Assembly (NCBI GenBank): GCA_041391825.1
Contig: JAWKNF010000014.1
Span: 3,116 to 67,115 of the forward strand
DNA: 64,000 nucleotides
Direction of reading: 5' to 3'
Source of the DNA: Flavobacteriales bacterium
Lineage (GTDB): Bacteria; Bacteroidota; Bacteroidia; Flavobacteriales_F; PHOS-HE28
The translations under genes and the position numbers were made by a program. The notes under the pieces were generated by a model. That model was given only the letters and a program-made list of their open reading frames with translations, had not been told where the DNA came from and searched no databases. Shown piece after piece: positions 56,913 through 64,000 of the stretch (positions are counted from its first letter, which is position 1; each line of letters opens with the position of its first letter).

Positions 56913-58262
56913 CTACGCCCCGGCCTTCTTCAGGTCGAAATCCTCCAAGAATTTCGTGGTATAGTTCCCTTTACGGAATTCCTCATTCTGCAACAATTGC
57001 AGGTGGAAGGGGATCGTGGTACTAACACCTTCGATCACATATTCGCTCAGGGCTCGTTCCATCTTGGTGATGGCCTCTTCGCGTGTTTGTGCGCTCACGA
57101 TCAGCTTGCCGATCATGCTATCGTAGTTCGGCGGGATCGTGTACCCGGCGTAAACGTGGGTGTCCACACGTACCCCATGCCCACCGGGACTGTGGTAGCT
57201 GGTGATCTTACCCGGCGTGGGGCGGAAGTTGTGGTACGGGTCCTCCGCGTTGATGCGGCATTGGATGCTGTGACGCGTGGGCTCGTAGTTCAGGCCGCTG
57301 ATCGGGATACCGGCCGCGATCTTGATCTGTTCGCGGATCAGGTCGTAGTCGATGACCTCCTCGGTGATCGTATGCTCCACCTGGATCCGGGTGTTCATCT
57401 CCATGAAATAGAAATGCCGGTGCTTGTCCACGAGGAACTCCACGGTGCCGACACCCTCGTAATTCACACTGGCAGCTGCCTTGATCGCGGCCTCGCCCAT
57501 CTTTTTCCGAAGGGTCTTGGTCATAAAGGGTGAAGGCGTTTCCTCCACGAGCTTCTGGTGGCGACGCTGGATGCTGCAATCGCGCTCGCTCATGTGGCAG
57601 AACGTACCGTATTGGTCACCGGCGATCTGGATCTCGATATGGCGTGGCTCAAGGATGTACTTCTCCATGTACATGCCAGCGTTCCCGAAGGCTGCTCCGG
57701 CCTCTTGGCTGGCCTTTTCGAAAGCCTCTTGGAACTCCTCCTCCTTCCAGACCAAGCGCATACCCTTGCCGCCGCCGCCCGCTGTGGCCTTTAGGATCAC
57801 GGGGTAGCCGATCTTCTTGGCCTCCTTCTTCGCTACGTTCAGGTCGGTGACCAAGCCTTCCGAGCCGGGCACCACCGGCACTCCTGCCGCGATCATGGTC
57901 GCTTTGGCCGTGGCCTTGTCGCCCATGGCCTCGATCTGCTCCGGGGTGGCACCGATGAATTTGATGTTGTGTTGCTGGCAGAGCTTGCTGAACTTGGCAT
58001 TCTCGCTCAAGAAGCCGTAGCCGGGGTGGATGGCATCAGCATTCGTGATCTCTGCCGCGGCGATGATCCGGGACATGTTCAGGTAACTGTCCTTGCTCGG
58101 CGGCGGACCGATGCAAACGGCCTCATCCGCGAAACGCACGTGCAGGCTTTCCTTGTCCGCTGTACTGTACACGGCCACGGTCTTGATGCCCATTTCACGG
58201 CAGGTGCGGATCACGCGTAGGGCGATCTCACCTCGATTGGCGATCAGGATCTTCTTGAACAT
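56913..58262 (-). CDS. accC: Acetyl-CoA carboxylase biotin carboxylase subunit
   Basis: [33 protein letters not shown]...; full-length ATP-grasp (449 aa). Confidence 0.92.
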   Translation of the reverse strand: MFKKILIANRGEIALRVIRTCREMGIKTVAVYSTADKESLHVRFADEAVCIGPPPSKDSYLNMSRIIAAAEITNADAIHPGYGFLSENAKFSKLCQQHNIKFIGATPEQIEAMGDKATAKATMIAAGVPVVPGSEGLVTDLNVAKKEAKKIGYPVILKATAGGGGKGMRLVWKEEEFQEAFEKASQEAGAAFGNAGMYMEKYILEPRHIEIQIAGDQYGTFCHMSERDCSIQRRHQKLVEETPSPFMTKTLRKKMGEAAIKAAASVNYEGVGTVEFLVDKHRHFYFMEMNTRIQVEHTITEEVIDYDLIREQIKIAAGIPISGLNYEPTRHSIQCRINAEDPYHNFRPTPGKITSYHSPGGHGVRVDTHVYAGYTIPPNYDSMIGKLIVSAQTREEAITKMERALSEYVIEGVSTTIPFHLQLLQNEEFRKGNYTTKFLEDFDLKKAGA

Positions 58263-58273
58263 GTCCGGTGGGT

Positions 58274-58750
58274 TTAGCTGGGATCGACCAGGAACAAGGG
58301 CTGATCGTATTCCACCGGTTTGGCATCGTCGACCAGGACCTTCACGATCTTGCCGCTCACTTCGCTCTCGATCTCGTTGAAGAGCTTCATGGCCTCGATG
58401 ATGCAGATCGTCTTGCCCGGCTTCACTTCGTCACCAACGTTCACGAAGATCGGCTTGCCGGGTCCAGAGGCCCGGTAGAACGTGCCGATCATCGGTGCCT
58501 TGATGGTGATGTACTTGGCATCCGCTTCCGGCGCAGCTGCAGGAGCCGTCGCAGCCGCTGCCGGGGCCGGAGCGGCCACCGGTGCCACGGCTGCTGGAGG
58601 AGGCGGAGCGGCGGCCGTAATGACCTGGACCTCCTTCTTTCCCGCAGGGGTCTTGATGGTGATCTTGAAGTCCTTCTGTTCGATCTCAACTTCGCTTACG
58701 CCACTCTTGGCCACGAACTTGATCAGGTCCTGGATCTGTGATAGGTTCAT
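58274..58750 (-). CDS. accB: Acetyl-CoA carboxylase biotin carboxyl carrier protein
   Basis: In ORF 58274-58777 the likely start is ATG 58750 ([13 protein letters not shown]). It has an Ala/Pro linker and the biotinylation motif [12 protein letters not shown]. Confidence 0.85.
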   Translation of the reverse strand: MNLSQIQDLIKFVAKSGVSEVEIEQKDFKITIKTPAGKKEVQVITAAAPPPPAAVAPVAAPAPAAAATAPAAAPEADAKYITIKAPMIGTFYRASGPGKPIFVNVGDEVKPGKTICIIEAMKLFNEIESEVSGKIVKVLVDDAKPVEYDQPLFLVDPS

Positions 58751-58855
58751 CGGTGCTTGCGCTTGTTTGACCGCCATAGCGGGCTAAGATAGGGTAGTGT
58801 TGATCGTGTTGTATGCCGTTCCGTAGGAGCGTGGGGCGATGGTACCGTAGGTGGA

Positions 58856-59848
58856 TCAGGACCCGTAGGCCCATTTCAACCAAATGGCGCCCCAAGTGAA
58901 TCCTCCCCCGAAGGCAGAAAGGATCACATTGTCCCCCTTCTTCAGCTTGGACTCCCATTCCCACAAACAAAGCGGAATGGTGCCGCTGGTGGTATTGCCG
59001 TACTTCTCGATGTTCACCATCACCTTGCTATCGTCCAAGCCCATTCGGTTTGCCGTGGCGTCGATGATGCGCTTGTTCGCTTGGTGCGGGACCAACCAGG
59101 CCACGTCCTCCGCAGTAAGGCCGTTCTTTTCCATGATCTCCGCGCTCACGTCGGCCATGTTGGTCACGGCGAATTTGAACACCGCCTTGCCTTCCTGATA
59201 GACGTAATGCTCCTTGCGTTCCACGGTGCGTTCCGTACTGGGGCGCATCGATCCACCGGCTTTCTGGTGCAGGTGTTGGCATCCGCTCCCATCGCTGCGT
59301 AGGATGGAGTCCATGACCCCGACATCGTCGGTGGTGGGCTCCAACAATACAGCACCACAACCATCGCCGAAAATGATGCAGGTGGTGCGGTCCTCGTAAT
59401 CGATGATGCTGCTCATCTTGTCACCACCGACGATCACCACCTTCTTGTGGGCACCGCTCTCGATGAACTTACTACCCGTGGTCAGTGCGTAGAGGAAGCC
59501 GCTGCACGCTGCCATCAGGTCGAAACCCCAGGCGTTCTTGGCGCCGATGGCATCGCAAATGATATTGGCCGTGGCGGGGAACACCCTGTCAGGCGTGACC
59601 GTGGCCACGATCATCAGGTCGATCTCCTCCGGGCCGATGCCCCGCTTTTTCAGTAATCCTTTCACGGCTTCCGCGGCCATCACGCTGAGGCCTTGGTCCT
59701 TGCCCTTCAGGATACGGCGCTCCTTGATACCTGTGCGCTCAGTGATCCATGCATCGCTGGTCTCCACCATCGTTTCCAACACCTCGTTGCTGAGGCGGAA
59801 CTCAGGTACATAACCGTTCACTGCAGTAATGGCGGCGCGGGTCTTCAT
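58856..59848 (-). CDS. fabH: 3-oxoacyl-ACP synthase III
   Basis: In ORF 58856-59878, ATG 59848 gives [17 protein letters not shown]. It has [10 protein letters not shown] (active Cys), HQANKRI and [10 protein letters not shown]. Confidence 0.9.
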   Translation of the reverse strand: MKTRAAITAVNGYVPEFRLSNEVLETMVETSDAWITERTGIKERRILKGKDQGLSVMAAEAVKGLLKKRGIGPEEIDLMIVATVTPDRVFPATANIICDAIGAKNAWGFDLMAACSGFLYALTTGSKFIESGAHKKVVIVGGDKMSSIIDYEDRTTCIIFGDGCGAVLLEPTTDDVGVMDSILRSDGSGCQHLHQKAGGSMRPSTERTVERKEHYVYQEGKAVFKFAVTNMADVSAEIMEKNGLTAEDVAWLVPHQANKRIIDATANRMGLDDSKVMVNIEKYGNTTSGTIPLCLWEWESKLKKGDNVILSAFGGGFTWGAIWLKWAYGS

Positions 59849-59978
59849 GATGGGTCGTGGTTCGGATCCGGGGACCAAGGTACTCGTCGACGGTCCCCGT
59901 CAAAATGCTCGGGGTCGGAGAAGGGGTATGAATACGGGGATAGGGCGGGCAGGGACGGGCGGCACAAAGGCCAATGGA

Positions 59979-60917
59979 TCAGGATAGCGCTTCGCGGATG
60001 CGCTCGCTCAGGCGACTTTCCACCACGTCCCGGGTGGCGAGCACCATGCTCTTGATGGCGATGTCATTGCTGATGCCGTGCCCGATGATCACATTTCCGT
60101 TCACGCCCAGCACAGGCAGACCTCCGTAATTCTCGTAGTTGAAGCGGTGCAGGAACGGGTCGTCCACGCCGTGGTCCTCCAATAGGTCATGGAACCCTTC
60201 GATCACTTTCAGTATCACGTTCCCGGTGAAGCCATCGCACACCATCACGTCGGCCTTGTCGGTGAACAGGTCGCGTCCCTCCACGTTGCCGGCGAAGCGG
60301 TACTGGTCCTGTTCGGCCATCACTGTGTAGGTGGCCTGACGAAGCAGGTCCCCCTTTTTAGCCTCTTCGCCGATGTTCAGCAGGCCCACCTTGGGATTTT
60401 CGATGTGGTACACATGCTTGGCCAACATGGCACCAAGCAGACCGAACTGCGAAAGCACATCGGGTTTGCAATCGGCGTTGGCGCCCACATCCAGTAGGAT
60501 ACCGAGGCCGCCACCTTCCTTTGGGACCAAGGTGGGGATACAAGGTCGAAGGACGCCAGGAATGGGTTTCACGCTGAAGATGCTGCCCACCAACATCGCG
60601 CCCGTGTTACCGGTACTCGCGAAGCCATCGATCTTGCCCTCCTTCATGAGGTGGAAGCCGATGCTGATGCTGCTGCGCTGCTTGGCCTGCAGGGCCTTGG
60701 TCGGGTTGTCGTCCATGGTGATATCGTCCTCGCTGGGTACGATATCGAACTGCGCGGGATCGGCACCCTCGGCCTTCAAGAGCTCGATGATCCGAGCTTG
60801 ATCCCCGATAAGCACTTGGCGGACGTCAGGAGGCAACTCGCGCGAGGCGAGCACGGCGCCGCGCACGGTCACTTCCGGACCGTGGTCGCTGCCCATGATG
60901 TCAAGCCCGATCCTCAT
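59979..60917 (-). CDS. plsX: Phosphate acyltransferase PlsX
   Basis: MRIGLDIMGSDHGPEVTVRGAVLA... and VMVCDGFTGNVILK. Lies in the conserved rpmF-plsX-fabH context. Confidence 0.9.
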   Translation of the reverse strand: MRIGLDIMGSDHGPEVTVRGAVLASRELPPDVRQVLIGDQARIIELLKAEGADPAQFDIVPSEDDITMDDNPTKALQAKQRSSISIGFHLMKEGKIDGFASTGNTGAMLVGSIFSVKPIPGVLRPCIPTLVPKEGGGLGILLDVGANADCKPDVLSQFGLLGAMLAKHVYHIENPKVGLLNIGEEAKKGDLLRQATYTVMAEQDQYRFAGNVEGRDLFTDKADVMVCDGFTGNVILKVIEGFHDLLEDHGVDDPFLHRFNYENYGGLPVLGVNGNVIIGHGISNDIAIKSMVLATRDVVESRLSERIREALS

Positions 60918-60956
60918 TTGCCAAGGGTCGGATCCGACATGATGCGGGAAAGGGAT

Positions 60957-61151
60957 CTATGCTGCGGCTTCGTCACCGGAGATCACCAGCTTGCCGTTGT
61001 AGTAGAGGTCCTCCCCCACTTTGTAGGCACGGTGACGCAAATGCGTCTCACCGGTGTTCGGGTCCTTGCTCAGCGTTGGCACTGCCGCGTTCTGGTGCGT
61101 ACGGCGCTTGGCGGTACGGGTCTTGGAGTGTCGGCGTTTCGGATTTGGCAT
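60957..61151 (-). CDS. rpmF: 50S ribosomal protein L32
   Basis: MPNPKRRHSKTRTAKRRTH... (64 aa). Confidence 0.9.
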   Translation of the reverse strand: MPNPKRRHSKTRTAKRRTHQNAAVPTLSKDPNTGETHLRHRAYKVGEDLYYNGKLVISGDEAAA

Positions 61152-61170
61152 GGCTACTCGTCGTTATGGC

Positions 61171-61686
61171 CTAGGGCCGCTTGGTCTTCAGGTCGTTCAA
61201 TACCGCCCAGCGTGGGTCGGGGTGGGGTTGGTTCTCCACGATCAGCTTGCTCAGTACCTGCTCCACCTCCGGGTCGCATTGACCGGGGGCGTGCACGTGT
61301 CGAATGGGCAATGCCAAGCGCAGGCATTCGTAGAAATAATGTGTCAGGTTGATGCTGTGTTCCTGTGGGTCCAAGCCGACAAGCTCATCATCATCATACT
61401 CCTCTTCGGTCGTGAAGCGGAAGATCTGCCGTTGTTTCCCGTCCACGGTAAGCTCCAAGGGTCCATTGCAACGGTCGCAGCGCAGGGCCACGGGACCGGT
61501 CATGTGCAGGTTCACGACGATCAACGTGGAGCTCTTGTCCATCATCACATCCACCTGCAAGCGCCCGCCCTCCAGGTCCTCTTCGCCAGTGGCAGCAAAG
61601 AAATCCTGCTCCAACAGGAACTGGAATTCATGTTCACCGTCACTGAGTCCGGAGAAGGCGATGGTGTGTTCTTGGAGCGCGTCCAT
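61171..61686 (-). CDS. YceD/DUF177-family protein
   Basis: In ORF 61171-61800, ATG 61686 gives MDALQEHTIAFSGLSDGEHEFQF. It has a CDRCNGPL...C...C metal-site pattern and the conserved position upstream of rpmF. Confidence 0.7.
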   Translation of the reverse strand: MDALQEHTIAFSGLSDGEHEFQFLLEQDFFAATGEEDLEGGRLQVDVMMDKSSTLIVVNLHMTGPVALRCDRCNGPLELTVDGKQRQIFRFTTEEEYDDDELVGLDPQEHSINLTHYFYECLRLALPIRHVHAPGQCDPEVEQVLSKLIVENQPHPDPRWAVLNDLKTKRP

Positions 61687-61830
61687 AGGGCTACCTGCCG
61701 CAAAGCGGACCGCAAATGTAGCTGTTTGGTGGATCCCGGCGCATGAGCGGGTCCCATTGAGCATGGAGCGTAAGGGTCCTTGGCTCAACGACTTGGCCAT
61801 GGAGCATTGTGTCAGGACAGGGCCAAGGCC

Positions 61831-62895
61831 CTATTTCCGCTCCTTTTCCCGCTTTTGTGGCTGCAGCGGGTCGGTCGTGATCAAGCGGTAGTGCTCACGG
61901 TTACGGCTGATGTCCCCTGCCAACCAGACCGCTGCCCTGAAGCTGCCCTCATCGGCAATGCCCTGTCCGGCGATCCCGAGCCCGGTGCCATGGTCGGGGC
62001 TGGTGCGAACGATGGGCAGGCCGGCCGTGAAATTCACCCCATGCCCGAAGCTCAGGGCCTTGAAGGGGGCAAGGCCTTGGTCATGGTACATGGCCAGAAC
62101 GCCGTCGAAATGCTTGTAGCTGCCGTTGCCGAAGAACCCATCGGCCGGGTATGGCCCCATGGCCGTGATCCCTTCGTCGTTCAAGCGGCGGACGGCTGGA
62201 GCGATACGCTCCTTGTCCTCACTGCCCAAGGTACCTCCGTCACCCGCATGTGGGTTGAGGCCCAAGATGGCGATCCGAGGTTCCTGCACGCCGAAGTCGC
62301 GCAACAGGCTTTGGTGCAGCAAGCGTGCCTTGGACATGATGCGGTCCGTGGTAATGGCCTCGGCGACATCCTTCAGCGGAATATGGCCGGTCACGGTGCC
62401 CACGCGCAGGCCTTCGCCCACCAGGACCATCAGCACATCGCTGTCCGCTCCGGCCATGTGCTGCAGGAATTCGGTATGGCCAGGAAATGCGAAACCGGCC
62501 TGCTGCATGCTGTGCTTGTCGATGGGTGCCGTTACGAGAACGTCCACCTTGCCACTGGCGAGGTCCTGGGCCGCAGCTTCCAAGCTCTTGATCGCATAGG
62601 CGGCCAATTCGCTGGATGGCTTGCCAAGTTCGAGTTCCAGGTCTTCTTCCCACACGTTCACAAGGTTCAATTTCTTGGGCACCGCATCGCGTGCATCCGT
62701 GATGCCATGGAACTGTGCCTCGTCCAGCTTCAATGCCTTGCGGTGGAAGCTGACCGCTTGGGAACTGGCATAGAGCACCGGTGTGATGTCAGCCATCATG
62801 CGGTTGTCCACGAAGCACTTCAGCACCACTTCGATACCGATGCCATTGAGATCGCCGCAACTGATGCCGATGCGTAGGGGGGAGCGTTCTGTCAT
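61831..62895 (-). CDS. pdxA: 4-hydroxythreonine-4-phosphate dehydrogenase
   Basis: LRIGISCGDLNGIGIEV..., FPGHTEFL, LNPHAGDGG and RTSPDHGT. Confidence 0.85.
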   Translation of the reverse strand: MTERSPLRIGISCGDLNGIGIEVVLKCFVDNRMMADITPVLYASSQAVSFHRKALKLDEAQFHGITDARDAVPKKLNLVNVWEEDLELELGKPSSELAAYAIKSLEAAAQDLASGKVDVLVTAPIDKHSMQQAGFAFPGHTEFLQHMAGADSDVLMVLVGEGLRVGTVTGHIPLKDVAEAITTDRIMSKARLLHQSLLRDFGVQEPRIAILGLNPHAGDGGTLGSEDKERIAPAVRRLNDEGITAMGPYPADGFFGNGSYKHFDGVLAMYHDQGLAPFKALSFGHGVNFTAGLPIVRTSPDHGTGLGIAGQGIADEGSFRAAVWLAGDISRNREHYRLITTDPLQPQKREKERK

Positions 62896-62942
62896 TCAGG
62901 GTCTTCGAAAAGGGTCGGTCGTCCTGGAAGGGGCCACAAAGA

Positions 62943-64000
62943 TCACTTCTTCGCGCGCTGTTTCAGGAATTCATAGAACAGGCGCACACCAACTCCGGTG
63001 CCCCCCTTGTTGCGATAGGCGCTTTTCTTGCTGAGGAAGGCGGGGCCGGCGATATCCAGATGGATGTACGGATGCGTGGTGAAGTGCGCCAGGAACTTGC
63101 CCGCCGTTTGGGCACCGGCAAGGTCGCTGCCGAGGTTCTTGATGTCCGCCACATCGCTTTTGATCTCTTCGCCGTACTCGTCCCAAAAGGGCAAGCGGAC
63201 CACCCGCTCGAACACGCGCTCCCCGGCTGACCCGATGCGCTGGAACTCATCATCCTTCGCGGTGCCCATGATCACGGTACCGTACGTTCCAACAGCGCGG
63301 GCGGCCGCACCGGTCAAGGTGGCCATGGTCATGATCAGCTCCGGTTTGTAGCGCTCGGCGAAGCTCAGGGCATCGGCCAGGATCATGCGCCCTTCGGCGT
63401 CCGTATTGAGGACCTCCACTGTGAGGCCGCTGTGCATGCGTACCACGTCGCCCGGTGCATAAGCGTTGCCGCCCGGACGGTTATCGGTGGCGGGCACTAG
63501 ACCGATCACATGTACCGGCAGTTCGCGCTTGGCGACCAGCGAGAGGGCACAGGCCACGGCAGCGCCGCCGGCCATATCGCACTTCATCTGGTCCATGCTG
63601 TTGGCGGTGGGCTTCAAGCTGAGGCCTCCAGTGTCGTATACCACGCCCTTGCCCACCAGCACGATCGGCTTCTTGTTCACTGCGTTCTTGGGCTTCCACT
63701 CCATCACGCTGAAGGTGGGTGGGTCCACACTGCCTTTGTTCACGGCAAGTAGGCCCCATAGCCCCAAGGCCTCGATCCGGGACTTTTCCATCACCTCCAC
63801 CTTGAAACCGGCGCTCTTTGCCAAGGTGCGGATCTCGGCACCCAATTGCACGGCGTTCAAGAAGCTCACCGGTTCGTTCACCAGGTCACGAGCAGTGCAG
63901 GTCGCCTCCACGATGTCGGCGAGTTCCTCCACATCGGAGGCGCTCACCTCCTTCGCAACGATGCCTACTTTCGTGAGTGTGGGTGCGCCTTTGGCGTCGC
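62943..64000 (-). CDS. pepA: Leucyl aminopeptidase (M17), N-terminus outside the window
   Basis: VGKGVVYDTGGLSLKP, NTDAEGRMILADAL and LDIAGPAF. The frame stays open to position 64000 (…LTKVGIVAKEVSASDVEEL…). Confidence 0.8.
   Translation of the reverse strand, partial: DAKGAPTLTKVGIVAKEVSASDVEELADIVEATCTARDLVNEPVSFLNAVQLGAEIRTLAKSAGFKVEVMEKSRIEALGLWGLLAVNKGSVDPPTFSVMEWKPKNAVNKKPIVLVGKGVVYDTGGLSLKPTANSMDQMKCDMAGGAAVACALSLVAKRELPVHVIGLVPATDNRPGGNAYAPGDVVRMHSGLTVEVLNTDAEGRMILADALSFAERYKPELIMTMATLTGAAARAVGTYGTVIMGTAKDDEFQRIGSAGERVFERVVRLPFWDEYGEEIKSDVADIKNLGSDLAGAQTAGKFLAHFTTHPYIHLDIAGPAFLSKKSAYRNKGGTGVGVRLFYEFLKQRAKK

Noticed and set aside
58500-58640. Ala/Pro-rich repeat in accB as another 'histone-like tail'
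   Set aside because: This is the normal flexible Ala/Pro linker of biotin carboxyl carrier proteins. It lacks lysines and is internal, so it is not comparable to the AKP basic tails.
1-64000. tRNA, rRNA, tmRNA and CRISPR arrays
   Set aside because: I looked for T-loop GGTTCGAATCC-type boxes, rRNA-like conserved stretches and regularly spaced 25-40-nt repeats and found none. Visual search is imperfect, so tRNAscan-SE, Infernal and a CRISPR finder should confirm.
1-64000. Programmed ribosomal frameshifting or genome-wide pseudogenisation as the explanation for the split genes
   Set aside because: There are too many events, up to 5-8 within a few hundred nt. There are no recurrent slippery heptamers. 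The affected genes include essential single-copy ones. The rebuilt junctions are simple homopolymer-length changes. Assembly error is the more economical explanation.

Overview
This is a 64-kb segment of a high-G+C Bacteroidota-type chromosome. The taxon is inferred only from sequence features: T9SS type A/B C-terminal sorting domains on at least five secreted proteins, Y_Y_Y-type and LytS/LytTR two-component systems, TAnnTTTG -7 promoter boxes, and the gene strings yceD-rpmF-plsX-fabH-accB-accC and ileS-dksA-like-lspA. I can support about 60 protein genes. I recognised no rRNA, tRNA, CRISPR array, transposase or integrase. Housekeeping genes present are uvrC, lpxD, asd, ileS, lspA, a TraR/DksA-like gene, dxs, accB/accC, fabH, plsX, rpmF, pdxA and pepA (partial). 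Two points dominate interpretation. (1) The sequence as given contains more than 40 reading-frame breaks, and they are strongly clustered. At six junctions I rebuilt by hand, lengthening a short homopolymer by one base restores the conserved protein. Essential genes (ileS, lspA, dxs) are hit, so most breaks are probably consensus errors rather than pseudogenes. All 'pseudogene' labels below mean 'disrupted as assembled'. (2) A lower-G+C islet of about 4.5 kb (about 27.2-31.76 kb) interrupts a co-directional amine/GABA-type catabolic cluster: aminotransferase, C-N hydrolase, VOC protein, large PLP decarboxylase | islet | ATP-grasp ligase, C45 Ntn-hydrolase, aldehyde dehydrogenase. The islet carries a fragmented C5 cytosine methyltransferase, an XRE/C-protein-like remnant, PD-(D/E)xK-like fragments, an intact GIY-YIG nuclease, and an intact 227-aa helical protein of unknown function. 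Other notable items are a 217-aa Lys/Ala/Pro-rich histone-H1-like ORF that overlaps (and may be fused to) the DksA-like gene, similar basic tails on two enzymes, and a repeat-rich, structured intergenic region at 27.2-27.8 kb. Nothing here is a demonstrated new system. The best candidates are ranked in the findings, each with a test that would confirm or kill it.
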